A DNA stretch of 64,000 bases, from assembly GCA_963703315.1 (NCBI GenBank), contig OY969811.1, forward strand, positions 1,536,001 to 1,600,000, given 5' to 3'. Below the pieces are notes generated by a model. That model had not been told where the DNA came from. It saw only the letters and a program-made list of their open reading frames with translations, and did no database searches. The position numbers and the translations under genes are program-made. Origin of the DNA: an uncultured cyanobacterium (GTDB lineage Bacteria > Cyanobacteriota > Cyanobacteriia > Pseudanabaenales > Pseudanabaenaceae). Below, in pieces: positions 40,114 to 50,680 of the stretch (the stretch's first letter is position 1; the number at the start of each line of letters is the position of its first letter).

Positions 40114-41507
40114 CCCATTTATTCGATCCACCTACCCCCAATCTGCCAGAACACTCCGATCATCACGCTACTGCCCACAAAGAAAATGGTAAAGAAAACG
40201 GTGATGCCGTAGTCACTACAGATTCAGAAATCAATGTAGAAGTCGATTCTAAATCTGTTCTTCGCAATCCTAACTTTTTATCACTGTGGAGTGGGCAGGT
40301 TTTTTCCCAGATTGCGGACAAGATTTTTTTAGTACTCGTGATTGCGATCGTGTCTACACAATTTCAGCAGGAGGGCGAAACGATTAGCGGTTGGGTCTCC
40401 GCAGTCATGGTGTCATTCACAATTCCCGCGATTTTATTTGGGTCGATCGCTGGTGTATATGTTGATCGTTGGAATAAAAAAACAGTTCTAGTTAGTTCCA
40501 ATATCCTGCGCGGAGTCTTGGTTCTCAGTATTCCCTTACTACTGTGGGTCACCAAAAACAGTGTCTTGCCTTGGGGCGCACCGACAGGATTTTGGGGCTT
40601 ATTATGTATCACCTTTCTCGTCTCTACCTTTACGCAGTTCTTTACCCCTGCCGAACAGTCCGCGATTACCCTTGTAGTTGAAAAACCTAAGCTATTAGCC
40701 GCCAATTCCCTCTACACGACCACGATTATGGCGGCGTTGATTTTAGGCTTTGCTCTCGGTGAGCCACTTTTAGCTTTGGCTGATCATCTTTGGCATAATT
40801 TCGGTCAGGAAATTTTAGTAGGTGGTAGTTATTTATTAGCAGGAATCATCTTAATTTTATTGAAAACAGGTGAAACCAAAGAGGATTTACATCGTGATAG
40901 TTTTCATCTCTGGAATGACATCAAAGAGGGCTTGCAATATCTCAATCACAAAAAGACTTCCCTATCAGCGCTAATCCAATTAATTTGTACCTTTTCGATC
41001 ATCGCGGCGCTCACAGTATTGGCAGTCCGTCTAGCGGAAGTGATGCCCGAAATCAAATCGGAGCAGTTTGGCTTTTTGTTAGCAGTAGCCAGTTTAGGAA
41101 TGGCGATCGGGGCGGTGATTGTTGCTAAAATTGGGCATATTTTTAGTCGTCAAACCCTTGCTCTGATTGGCTCGGTTGGGATGTGTTTGTTTTTAGTGAT
41201 GTTGGCAGTTTTTAGCGATCGCTTTTGGTTGGGACTGACTGCGATCGCGGGTACTGGCATTTTTGCAGGTTTATGCGTAATTCCGATGCAGACCGTGATT
41301 CAAGAAGAAACTCCTGAAGATGTGCGTGGTAAAGTTTTTGGTTTACAAAATAATGCGGTGAATATTGCCCTCAGTCTGCCACTATCCGTAGCGGGAATTG
41401 CAGAATCGTATTTTGGCTTACAAGAAGTAATTTTTTCCCTCAGTGCGATCGCGCTGATTACGGGAATACTTACTTGGTACATTGCTCGTCAATTAGTCGA
41501 GCCGTAA
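40110..41507 (+). CDS. MFS transporter
   Basis: LWSGQVFSQIADK, AGVYVDRW, TQFF.PAEQ, RGKVFGLQNN; many TM helices. Confidence 0.88.
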   Translation: MTHLFDPPTPNLPEHSDHHATAHKENGKENGDAVVTTDSEINVEVDSKSVLRNPNFLSLWSGQVFSQIADKIFLVLVIAIVSTQFQQEGETISGWVSAVMVSFTIPAILFGSIAGVYVDRWNKKTVLVSSNILRGVLVLSIPLLLWVTKNSVLPWGAPTGFWGLLCITFLVSTFTQFFTPAEQSAITLVVEKPKLLAANSLYTTTIMAALILGFALGEPLLALADHLWHNFGQEILVGGSYLLAGIILILLKTGETKEDLHRDSFHLWNDIKEGLQYLNHKKTSLSALIQLICTFSIIAALTVLAVRLAEVMPEIKSEQFGFLLAVASLGMAIGAVIVAKIGHIFSRQTLALIGSVGMCLFLVMLAVFSDRFWLGLTAIAGTGIFAGLCVIPMQTVIQEETPEDVRGKVFGLQNNAVNIALSLPLSVAGIAESYFGLQEVIFSLSAIALITGILTWYIARQLVEP

Positions 41508-41511
41508 ATAT

Positions 41512-41558
41512 AAAACCAAAAACCTGTGGCGCATACTGCGCCACAGGTTTTTGGTTTT
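41512..41558. terminator. Bidirectional terminator-like palindrome
   Basis: aaaaccaaaaacctgtggcgca-tac-tgcgccacaggtttttggtttt between convergent genes. Confidence 0.75.
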
Positions 41559-41595
41559 TATCTAAGCTACTTAACAATTTCTGCAATCCTAAAGC

Positions 41596-43107
41596 TCAAC
41601 CTAAAAATAGCTTATAGGCAGGATTTTGGCTTTCATCCCAATAACGATAACCGAGCGTTTCCAGAAATGCTTGCCACTCTTCCATCTCTGTGGGTGGAAC
41701 TTGTACACCGACGACAATTCTGCCGTAGTCAGCGCCATTATTACGATAATGGAATAAGCTAATATTCCAATTAGGACTCATCGAACCGACAAACTTCATT
41801 AAGGCTCCTGGACGCTCAGGAAACTCAAAGCGATAGAGTAACTCATGATCAGCAAGAGGCGATCGCCCACCAACCATGTGACGCAAATGCAGTTTAGTGA
41901 GTTCATCATCAGTTAACTCGATCGCCATAAATCCATTTTCAGCAAACGACTTCGATAGGTTTGCCGCATCTGCACGATTGATAATTTGAATACCAGTAAA
42001 GATATGAGCAATTTCTTGATCAGCGATGCGATAGCTAAATTCAGTGAGGTTACGCTTACCCAAAAGTTCACAGAACTTCCGTAAGCTTCCTGCCTGTTCA
42101 GGAATCGTGACTGCAAAAATGGCTTCACGATGTTCGCCGAGTTCTGCCCGTTCTGCCACAAAGCGCAAACGGTCAAAGTTCATATTTGCACCACAGGCGA
42201 TCGCAACAAGGGTTTGACCTTCGATACCTTCCCTTTCGACATAAGCTTTTGCACCAGCGATCGCTAAAGCCCCAGCAGGTTCTAAAATTGAGCGCGTATC
42301 TTCAAAAACATCCTTAATTGCTGCACAGGTATCATCCGTATCAACAAGTAAAATTTCATCGACATATTGCTGACAAAGGCGGAATGTTTCTTGTCCAACT
42401 TCGCGCACGGCTACACCATCGGCAAACAATCCTACTTGATCGAGGCGTACCCGATGTCCTGCTTGCAGCGATCGCGACATTCCATCAGAATCCACTGGTT
42501 CTACACCAATAATTTTAATCTCAGGACGCAAGCGCTTCACATAGGCAGCCACGCCCGAAATCAGTCCACCACCACCGATCGCTACAAAAATCGCATGAAT
42601 CGGTTTCTGACATTGTCGCAAAATCTCCATCCCAATCGTTCCCTGACCTGCAATCACATCGGGATCATCAAAGGGATGGATAAAGGTTAAATTCTTTTCA
42701 GCTTCCAATTGACGCGCGTAGGTATATGCATCATCATAGGTATCACCATGCAGAACGACTTCCCCCCCACGCATTTTGACAGCGTTTACTTTCACCAGTG
42801 GCGTAGTTACGGGCATGACGATAATCGCCTTTGTGCCTAATTCACGAGCGCTGAGAGCAACCCCTTGAGCATGGTTGCCTGCGGATGCAGCAATCACTCC
42901 ATTAGCCAGCAAATCGGGTGGAAGTTGCGCCATTTTGTTATAAGCACCGCGCAATTTAAAAGAGAAAACCGACTGCATATCTTCTCTTTTTAGCAATAGT
43001 CGATTATTTAATCGTGCCGATAAATTGGGAGCAAATTCTAATGGTGTTTCTTGCGCGACATCATACACGCGAGCTTTGAGGATTCGTTCTAAATAGTCAG
43101 ATTGCAT
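41596..43107 (-). CDS. ilvA: Threonine ammonia-lyase, biosynthetic
   Basis: KREDMQSVFSFKLRGAYN, ASAGNHAQGVA, GANMNFDRLRFV, FEFPERPGAL, SLFHYRN. Confidence 0.97.
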   Translation of the reverse strand: MQSDYLERILKARVYDVAQETPLEFAPNLSARLNNRLLLKREDMQSVFSFKLRGAYNKMAQLPPDLLANGVIAASAGNHAQGVALSARELGTKAIIVMPVTTPLVKVNAVKMRGGEVVLHGDTYDDAYTYARQLEAEKNLTFIHPFDDPDVIAGQGTIGMEILRQCQKPIHAIFVAIGGGGLISGVAAYVKRLRPEIKIIGVEPVDSDGMSRSLQAGHRVRLDQVGLFADGVAVREVGQETFRLCQQYVDEILLVDTDDTCAAIKDVFEDTRSILEPAGALAIAGAKAYVEREGIEGQTLVAIACGANMNFDRLRFVAERAELGEHREAIFAVTIPEQAGSLRKFCELLGKRNLTEFSYRIADQEIAHIFTGIQIINRADAANLSKSFAENGFMAIELTDDELTKLHLRHMVGGRSPLADHELLYRFEFPERPGALMKFVGSMSPNWNISLFHYRNNGADYGRIVVGVQVPPTEMEEWQAFLETLGYRYWDESQNPAYKLFLG

Positions 43108-43317
43108 ACAGGTCGCACAGTGCCGTCAGCTTAGTCATCAATTTGGCAAGCTATAATCTTACTCTCTTTTCCATGCTTTTGTATTTTCGCTAATAATTCG
43201 GTAATCTTAAAGGATGGGCGGCGATTCGCGCCGCCCATCCTTTAGGACGATCCTAGAGATCGCTCCATTATGTATGCTTCGCGTTAAACTTGAGCTAGAA
43301 AAAATTTTTAAAGGCTT

Positions 43318-44796
43318 ATGCACGGCAAATTCCCATTGCATCCCCCCATACGCTTTGGTACTGACGGTTGGAGAGGTATCATTGCTGACGACTTTACCTT
43401 CGATCGCCTAGCCGCAGTTGCTCCCATCGCTGCCCATATCCTGCGCGAAACCTTTGGTTCATCGGGTAGTAACACAATAATTGTGGGGTACGATCGCCGA
43501 TTTATGTCGGATGCTTTTGCCAAAAAGACTGCGGAAGTTGTGGCAGCGATCGGATTTGATGTGTTACTTGCTGATGATTTTGCACCGACACCTGCTTTTA
43601 GTTGGGCAGCTTATGATCGCAAGGCTTTAGGTGCGTTGGTAATTACCGCTAGTCACAACCCTGCTAACTATTCAGGCTTAAAAATCAAAGGTGCATTTGG
43701 TGGATCAGTATCGCCAGATATCACTGCTAAGGTTGAAGCAATTCTTGAACGTGGCGATTTTGTCTATGAAAGCGCTCAGAAAGGCAAAATAGAAACCTTT
43801 GATGCATGGGCAAGCTATAGTCAAGCCTTGCGCGGTAAGGTGAATATCGAGGCGATCAAAGAGGCGATCGCTACAGGAAAGTTGACTGTATTTGCGGATG
43901 TGATGCATGGAGCCGCCGCAGGTGGTTTAGCGAGAATTTTAGAATTGCCAGCCGATGCTGAAGCTAATTTGATTGAAATCAATAGCAATACCGATCCTCT
44001 CTTTGGTGGTGGCGCACCTGAACCTCTACCTCGCTATATTGCTGAACTCTTTCGCCAAGTCAAAACCTATCACCATGAGTATCCCGAAAAAACTTTAGTG
44101 GGATTTGTGTTTGATGGTGATGCCGATCGCATTGCTGCAACTGATAGCGAAGGTAATTTCCTGAGTTCCCAAATTCTAATTCCCATCTTATTGGAACATC
44201 TCGCCAAACATCGCGGCTTTAAAGGCGAATTGATTAAAACCATCAGTGGTTCCGATCTCATGCCCAAGGTTGCCGCCCTATTTGATTTGCCAGTTTATGA
44301 AACTCCCGTTGGTTACAAATATATTGCGGAGAGAATGCTGTCGGGAGTCCCTTGTCTCTTAGGTGGTGAAGAGTCGGGCGGTGTGGGCTATGGCAATCAT
44401 ATTCCTGAACGTGATGCATTACTGTCGGCTTTGTATGTGTTGGAGGCGATCGCGCAATCAGGTAAGGATTTGAGCGTACTTTACAGCGATCTGCAAAAGC
44501 AAACTAATTTCTTCTCTCATTACGATCGCATCGATAAGAAGCTTTCAGGTCTAGCGGCTCGTGAGAAGTTAGTATCTACGCTTCAGCAGTTTTCGCTTAC
44601 CGAAATCGCAGGACGTAAAGTCATTGATACTACATCCCCTGATGGCTTCAAGTTTCGTTTAGCCGATGGCAGTTGGCTATTAATTCGCTTTAGTGGTACT
44701 GAGCCATTATTAAGACTCTATTGTGAAGCGGCTACTCCTGAACTTGTCCATAAAACTCTAAATTGGATTTCCAATTGGGCAGAGCAGTTTAACTAA
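43318..44796 (+). CDS. Phosphoglucomutase/phosphomannomutase family protein
   Basis: FGTDGWRG, ITASHNP, FDGDADR, GGEESGG, RFSGTEP. Confidence 0.95.
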   Translation: MHGKFPLHPPIRFGTDGWRGIIADDFTFDRLAAVAPIAAHILRETFGSSGSNTIIVGYDRRFMSDAFAKKTAEVVAAIGFDVLLADDFAPTPAFSWAAYDRKALGALVITASHNPANYSGLKIKGAFGGSVSPDITAKVEAILERGDFVYESAQKGKIETFDAWASYSQALRGKVNIEAIKEAIATGKLTVFADVMHGAAAGGLARILELPADAEANLIEINSNTDPLFGGGAPEPLPRYIAELFRQVKTYHHEYPEKTLVGFVFDGDADRIAATDSEGNFLSSQILIPILLEHLAKHRGFKGELIKTISGSDLMPKVAALFDLPVYETPVGYKYIAERMLSGVPCLLGGEESGGVGYGNHIPERDALLSALYVLEAIAQSGKDLSVLYSDLQKQTNFFSHYDRIDKKLSGLAAREKLVSTLQQFSLTEIAGRKVIDTTSPDGFKFRLADGSWLLIRFSGTEPLLRLYCEAATPELVHKTLNWISNWAEQFN

Positions 44797-44838
44797 AAGA
44801 GAAGTGCGCCGCTTTGCGGCGCACTTCTCTTTTAGTTA
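44790..44838. repeat. Perfect palindrome (23-bp arms) containing the stop codons of both convergent genes
   Basis: taactaaaagagaagtgcgccgc-ttt-gcggcgcacttctcttttagtta. Confidence 0.9.
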
Positions 44839-46127
44839 CCGACAGAAGCAATGTCTTTCAAATCAGGACGGGGCGCATGGGTAAAAAATAGAGTCTCAAA
44901 GGAAGCATCACGATTTCCTAAAGTCTCATAAAAGAAGAACGAGAAGCCATCAAAGACAAGCTCACGACCAATCTTGACCTGACCTTTGATTTGTCGCATA
45001 TCGACATTTTGGACTCTTAAGCCTGTCAAAATACCAATCGCTACAGGAATTCTTCTACGGATTTCCTGTAGTTCTGGACGTTCTAACTCTACTTTGAAAT
45101 TATTAATATCATCGCGATATACCTGCACAATCAACTCATCGATAAGTCCCATATAAACCCAGTTATACCAATCCTGTAAGTGTTTGCGATAGGCAAATTC
45201 TCTAGGGTTAGGGGATAGCGAAATTAGACAGTTAGGCTTGATTGCTTTAACTGACTTGTGGATTTTTCGCATTAAGCTGGTGATGTACTTAGCACGCCAT
45301 TGCATCCATGCAGGATCATTAATATCTTCAGGTGGCAGCCTTCCAAAATGATCTTTCTTATATAAGGCGATCGTGTAATCATCGTAACCAAGCTCGGCGG
45401 GCATGGCAAAATGATCATCAAGTTGAATGCCATCGACATTGTATTTAGTAACAACCTCAACGATGAGATCGATTAGTAATTTTTGAACTTCGGGGCGGGC
45501 AGGGTTTAGCCAAGCAAGGCGATGCTCATTATTTTCTCCATGAAAAAAGAGGTGAGAGCCATCTTTACGTTGGGTAACCCAATCGGGATGTTGGCGCATG
45601 AGAGGCGAACCTTCCTCAGTCATTAAGCCATATTCAAACCAAGGAATCACCGCAAAACCTTGCTCATGACCGCGTTCAATGGTTTCGGCTAGCATATCTC
45701 GATCTTTGAGTTCAGGGATAGGCTCGATCTCTACACCAAAAGACTTTTTCGCAACTTTACTCGGATAGAGTGTGTACCCACCATTCCAAACTGTTGGATA
45801 AATCGTATTAAACTTTAAGCGCTTTAACCTTTGAATCGCTTTTTGAAGGCTCTGGGGTGACAATAAAACATCACTATCAACATTAGTTAGCCAAACTCCT
45901 CGCAATTCTCGGTTATTGGTTGGTCTAATTATTGGTTGGTTAGGTGCTTGCTTGTCTGCTTGATCATTAGTTGATTGATCAATTACGTTACTGGCAGTAT
46001 TAACGTTAGGAGTTTGTGCGATCGCCCAAAAAGGGAAATTGATCATTAGCGCGATCGCCAATCCTAAAAAGGTTAAAACTAGGAAGCGAAAACGCGCTTG
46101 CCAAGATCTGATGTTATTTTGCCCCAT
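44832..46127 (-). CDS. Glycoside hydrolase-like 10 (GHL10/DUF187) protein
   Basis: ELRGVWLTNVD, NTIYP.VW, IPWFEYG, WLNPA.PEVQ, YNVDGIQLDDHF, QDW..W, VQVYR. Confidence 0.88.
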   Translation of the reverse strand: MGQNNIRSWQARFRFLVLTFLGLAIALMINFPFWAIAQTPNVNTASNVIDQSTNDQADKQAPNQPIIRPTNNRELRGVWLTNVDSDVLLSPQSLQKAIQRLKRLKFNTIYPTVWNGGYTLYPSKVAKKSFGVEIEPIPELKDRDMLAETIERGHEQGFAVIPWFEYGLMTEEGSPLMRQHPDWVTQRKDGSHLFFHGENNEHRLAWLNPARPEVQKLLIDLIVEVVTKYNVDGIQLDDHFAMPAELGYDDYTIALYKKDHFGRLPPEDINDPAWMQWRAKYITSLMRKIHKSVKAIKPNCLISLSPNPREFAYRKHLQDWYNWVYMGLIDELIVQVYRDDINNFKVELERPELQEIRRRIPVAIGILTGLRVQNVDMRQIKGQVKIGRELVFDGFSFFFYETLGNRDASFETLFFTHAPRPDLKDIASVGN

Positions 46128-46287
46128 AACAAACGAGCTAGGTTAGCTCTAACTCCTCACATTTAGACTTCAAACGATTTCGTAAAATAATTGTATAACA
46201 ATGCAAAAACATATAAAAGAAAGCTGATCCTTAACACCTCATTCTAAAAAAATTCTTGTAGTTTATTCGCACTCATTGAATAGAACT

Positions 46288-46469
46288 ATAGGGGCAGAGC
46301 ATCCGCAAAACAATCTCTAATTTTTTGGATAATCTTCTTTTGGGAATGCTCTGCCCTCAATCTCGCAACGCAGGGACAAATTATCTATAAAAGCACAGAG
46401 GGCTTAGCATTTGCGGATCAAGATTTCGGTGATGGTTTTAAAATTGTGGCGCAAATGCTAAGCCCCTAC
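46288..46469. repeat. Two REP-like inverted-repeat pairs
   Basis: ggggcagagcat...atgctctgccct and gggcttagcatttgcg...cgcaaatgctaagcccctac. Confidence 0.6.
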
Positions 46470-46542
46470 AGTCTTGCTTTGCTATACATTGCTGTGAAAA
46501 GAGATTGACGGCGCTTTGCACCGTTAATCTCTTTTAGGTTAA

Positions 46543-47028
46543 TTATGAATTTTTGGATTGCGATCCCAACAGATTACGATTTATTTCTAAGATGGGACAT
46601 AACAAATCGGCAATATCTCTGGGTAGAAGCTCTTTGACAACATCTTGCATCACCAGATAAGTAATATTACAGGCTTCTTGTGCGCCAAAGGCTTGCATGA
46701 TTGTCTGAAACCAATATAAAAACTGCTGCCGTAAAAGTTCTGGGTCATCTAATAAAACCGTCATCGCTGAGTGACGGAGAACCCTTAAGGTATCTTGTTT
46801 CCATTTAGCTTGCATATCTTCACCTTTTGGGAAAAGCAAGTTGGGATAGGATGTTTGTAATCTGACCAAAACCGTATCTACAATTTTTTTCTCCACTTCT
46901 TTGATACGGCGATAAGCCTCAATGCGTGAGTCAAAAGAGTTGATATAGGTATCCATAAATTGCAATTCAGCATCGCTAGCATAGCGACCATCAGCATTGG
47001 TTCCTAGTTGTTGCAACTTACTTAACAT
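46543..47028 (-). CDS. Phycobiliprotein-like (globin fold) protein lacking the canonical bilin-binding Cys
   Basis: ADGRYASD.EL..M..Y..S...R; KWKQD...VLR aligns with CLRD...YLR; L.WF.TI..AF. Confidence 0.7.
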   Translation of the reverse strand: MLSKLQQLGTNADGRYASDAELQFMDTYINSFDSRIEAYRRIKEVEKKIVDTVLVRLQTSYPNLLFPKGEDMQAKWKQDTLRVLRHSAMTVLLDDPELLRQQFLYWFQTIMQAFGAQEACNITYLVMQDVVKELLPRDIADLLCPILEINRNLLGSQSKNS

Positions 47029-47237
47029 AGTTAAACGGCACTCAATTTAATATTGTTTGTGTCTCTGCCGAAGGCAGAGACACAAACGTTTGACGTATAC
47101 ATGATTTTATATGGGTCTGAGCTTGAAACTATCAGCCACTTCAAGCATTATCTCTAGCGATCGCCGATTTTTTGTTACGATTCAGATAAATAATTCACGA
47201 TACACACCTATGCGATCGCTCGCCACCATATTCTGTC

Positions 47238-48899
47238 ATGCTGTCTGACAATGATCACATAGAAGAGCTGTTTCCCGAAGCTGCCCAAAATTGGGATTTA
47301 AATCGGCTGTATGCAGATTTACAAACTGCTAGTGGCAAGGAAATTAAGCCCTTTGAAAAGGCTTGCTTGCGGGGATTACTCTGTCGATATCGTCCGGGGC
47401 AACTTGCCTTTAAATTAGCTTGGACTTCGGGGGCGTTGCGGGTAGAACTCAATAAAAGCTTGTATCGATCGCTAGAGGCGATCGCCGATCAGCCATTGAA
47501 TACTTTGCGGTGGGAAAAAGTACCTGAATGGCTAGAGGCTAAGGGCTATAAGGCTCAGCGTCAAAGTTTGCATGATCCAACGGCTAATTCCCCAGCTAAG
47601 GCCGGGGCAAATTTGGCAGACTGGGGTGAGGCTCCCAATATTCAGACTTTTTATGGACGAACGGAGGAGCTTGCCAAACTAGAGCAATGGATTTTGCGCG
47701 ATCGCTGTCATCTGTTAGCCATTTGTGGTATGGGCGGCATTGGCAAGACGGCTTTGGCGGTGAAACTAGTGGAAAAGATCCAATCACAGTTTGATTGCTT
47801 TATTTGGCGATCGCTAAAGGGGGCGCAACCAACTGCTCAATTAATTGCCGATCTATTGCAATTTCTGAATAATTCTCAACAAACGGGCTGTAGTATTTCC
47901 GTTTCCGATCTCTTAGAAGTTTTGCGGCAAAAGCGTTGTTTGATCGTGCTAGATGACTTTGAGGCAACGCTCCAAGATGGCGAACTGGTGGGAGCCTATC
48001 GTCAAGGCTGCGAATCCCATGCCGAACTATTGCAGCGTGTTGGTTCTGAACGTCATCAAAGTACGTTGATTTTGATTGGGCGCGAACAACCAAAAGAAAT
48101 TTCGATGCATCAAGGGGAAGATCAACCGATTCGCTATTACAAGGTCAATGGATTACAACGTCAAGAGGCTTTTGAATTACTGAGAGCGCGAGGATTTACG
48201 GGTTCTGAAAATGGATTAGATGCATTGGTGCAGCAATATCGAGGTAATCCTTCCGCTTTACGGATTGTGGCGGGGACAATTCAAGAATTATTTAATGGCA
48301 ATGTTTCAGAATTCCTCAAGCAGACGGCGCTGGCACTAGGTGACGTATTACGCACGCTGCTCTATCAACAGTTTGAACGCCTCTCGAAATTAGAAAAAGA
48401 TGTGTTGTATTGGCTAGCGATCAAGCATCGTCCTGTATCCCTCTCCACTTTGCGCTCGGAAATGAATTTACAAGCCTCTGGTTCGGAATTAATTGATGCT
48501 CTGGAGTCATTGCGCTGGCGATCGCTGATCGAGAAAATTTCAGAACAGGATGAGGTGATGTTTTTGCTAGAGCCTGTGGTGTTGAAATATGTGAATCGTC
48601 AGTTTGTCGATGAGATCAGCAAAGAAATTACGGCGATCGCTACCCAACAAAATCTGAAATCAATTAATTTATTACAAAGTCATGTCCTTGTGGAAGATCA
48701 CGCTCCTGACTCGATTCGAGCGATGCAGATTCGGTTAGTTCTCAAACCAATTAAGGATAAGCTGCATAAAGCGATCGCTCAGAATAATATCGAACTAGAA
48801 TCTCTCAGAGAAAGTTTAGCTAGTCAACACCAAGGACAATCAACGGAAGGCAATAGCTACACTGAAGTTAACCTCGCCCTAATCGGTTTATGGTGGTAG
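47238..48899 (+). CDS. NB-ARC (STAND) NTPase protein without C-terminal WD40/TPR repeats
   Basis: DWGEAP...FYGR.EEL..L.QWI, GMGGIGKT, CLIVLDD, Y.GNP.AL, QQF.RLS.LE. Confidence 0.85.
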   Translation: MLSDNDHIEELFPEAAQNWDLNRLYADLQTASGKEIKPFEKACLRGLLCRYRPGQLAFKLAWTSGALRVELNKSLYRSLEAIADQPLNTLRWEKVPEWLEAKGYKAQRQSLHDPTANSPAKAGANLADWGEAPNIQTFYGRTEELAKLEQWILRDRCHLLAICGMGGIGKTALAVKLVEKIQSQFDCFIWRSLKGAQPTAQLIADLLQFLNNSQQTGCSISVSDLLEVLRQKRCLIVLDDFEATLQDGELVGAYRQGCESHAELLQRVGSERHQSTLILIGREQPKEISMHQGEDQPIRYYKVNGLQRQEAFELLRARGFTGSENGLDALVQQYRGNPSALRIVAGTIQELFNGNVSEFLKQTALALGDVLRTLLYQQFERLSKLEKDVLYWLAIKHRPVSLSTLRSEMNLQASGSELIDALESLRWRSLIEKISEQDEVMFLLEPVVLKYVNRQFVDEISKEITAIATQQNLKSINLLQSHVLVEDHAPDSIRAMQIRLVLKPIKDKLHKAIAQNNIELESLRESLASQHQGQSTEGNSYTEVNLALIGLWW

Positions 48900-48919
48900 A
48901 TTACAGCGCAAAGCCCTAT

Positions 48920-48965
48920 AATCATAAAAAAGAAAAGCATGATCATGCTTTTCTTTTTTATGATT
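48920..48965. repeat. Perfect 46-bp palindrome
   Basis: aatcataaaaaagaaaagcatgatcatgcttttcttttttatgatt. Confidence 0.9.
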
Positions 48966-48971
48966 TCACCT

Positions 48972-50626
48972 ATGCCACGATTTCAGAGCCGACTTTTTAA
49001 TTGGATTGATCAATCATTGCCTGCTCAAATAGGACGCAGTGCAAGGAGATTTCTCGATCAAAAATTTGGGCAACTGTCAGGACTACCGATCCAAGAGCTA
49101 CCACGTTTGCTTGCGTATCAAGCTGCGAAGGCAATGCTCTATCCTGTGTACTTGATTGCATCGACCGCAAAACGGGTTTTCCCCATACTTTCTGGTAGCA
49201 AGACAGAAATTAGTAATCAATTGCGATCGCAGCCAGACGTAACTGGGCTTTTGCCAGAGTTTACTCAGGAGGCTGAGAATCTAAACAATGCATTTGAGCA
49301 AGCGATTGATCAGGTAATTGAGAAAACATCTGAGCAAACTAGTGATCTACCTAAGCCAGAAATTCCATTACTTTTACGCCCCTTAGCCAAATTTTTGAAC
49401 TGGCTTGATCGCACTAAGATTCATTTAGATCAAAGTATTTCCGCCATCATTAAGCGACCATCAACTCAAATCACAAATCCATCCCTTTCGGAATTAGAGA
49501 CAAAGCTGATTGCAAATCGGATTTTTGCAGAAATTTGGCAGCAACAGGTTGAGCAAAATTCTATTAAAGAAAGTAATGGTTTATCGGAAAGCATCTCTCT
49601 TGGTAAAAATAATAGATTAGAGCAACTACGGAGATTAATCGAAGCCGCGATCTCCTATTTCTTTGGTAATCAGGTTGGCAATCAATCTAGTCATCAATTT
49701 GAGAACTCTCATACTCAAGATGAGAGTTTACCTAATGATGCTGATCTTTCAGAACTATCAGGAACAGCATCTCCTGATGACAAGACTTTGCCTAGTCGCC
49801 CCAAATTAAGTCGAAAACCAAGATCAACGAGTTCCATCAAGGAAAATGCTCCCTTGACGAAAACCGTTAATCTAGATCGATTGCGTGAAATCATTGCGGC
49901 AGCGATCGCCTATTTCATTGGTAAGCGATCGCTTGATGGCGATGTCCAAGATATAGATATAAATAATGCTCTAAATAATGTAAAGGGCAATCAGACAGAT
50001 TCGCTGACAGGTGAAGTTGCTACTAAAATCCAAAAAAATTCTGCGGGGGATCCCCAAAATGCTAATTCTAATTCGCTCAAAAATGATGATCAATTGGAAC
50101 GGCTCCAAAAACTGATTGAACAAGCGATCGCCTATTTCTTTGGACAACAGTTAAAGAAGCCAACTCTAGAAGAAGTCACAGATATCTCTCCAAGTGAAGA
50201 AGCTTGGCTGACAATGGAAGATGTATTTGGTGATGATAATGGTCCTGGCCTCTGCCCCTAGAATATGAGTCAGTTGCCTTCACGCAGTCATCAAATTCCA
50301 ATGCAATCCATTCATCAGGGGAGTTACAGAATTTTGAAACTACGACCTCGCAAATTTCTCAAGATCGTCTAGAAGAGAGTCTCGTTTTTGAGGAAGACTT
50401 ATTAACATATCAACAGCAAAACTCAGATCCAGATTGCGATCGCCCTCTCAAGGCATGGATTGAGGCAAATGCGACTATTCTAGGCTATGCTTACAATCCT
50501 GTGATGACTGTAATTCTTTGGATTGATGCGATCGTGCTTAAAATTGAAGATCTAATTATTGCGATTTGGAAAGGATTAATTAACTTCCCCAAACGAGTAC
50601 TTCATTTTATTCGCTACGGTAAATGA
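48972..50626 (+). pseudogene. Cyanobacterial hypothetical protein with a 1-nt frameshift near 50243-50248; possibly a sequencing error
   Basis: N-terminal FQSRLFN and LYPVY; after ...DDNG the shifted frame reads WPLPLEY...WIEANATILGY..NP....ILWID...W to TGA at 50624-50626. Confidence 0.65.
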
Positions 50627-50680
50627 CAGGAATATAGCAGTTAGCGCAAAGCGCTGAGAGTCTTGTGACACCTTAACTGC

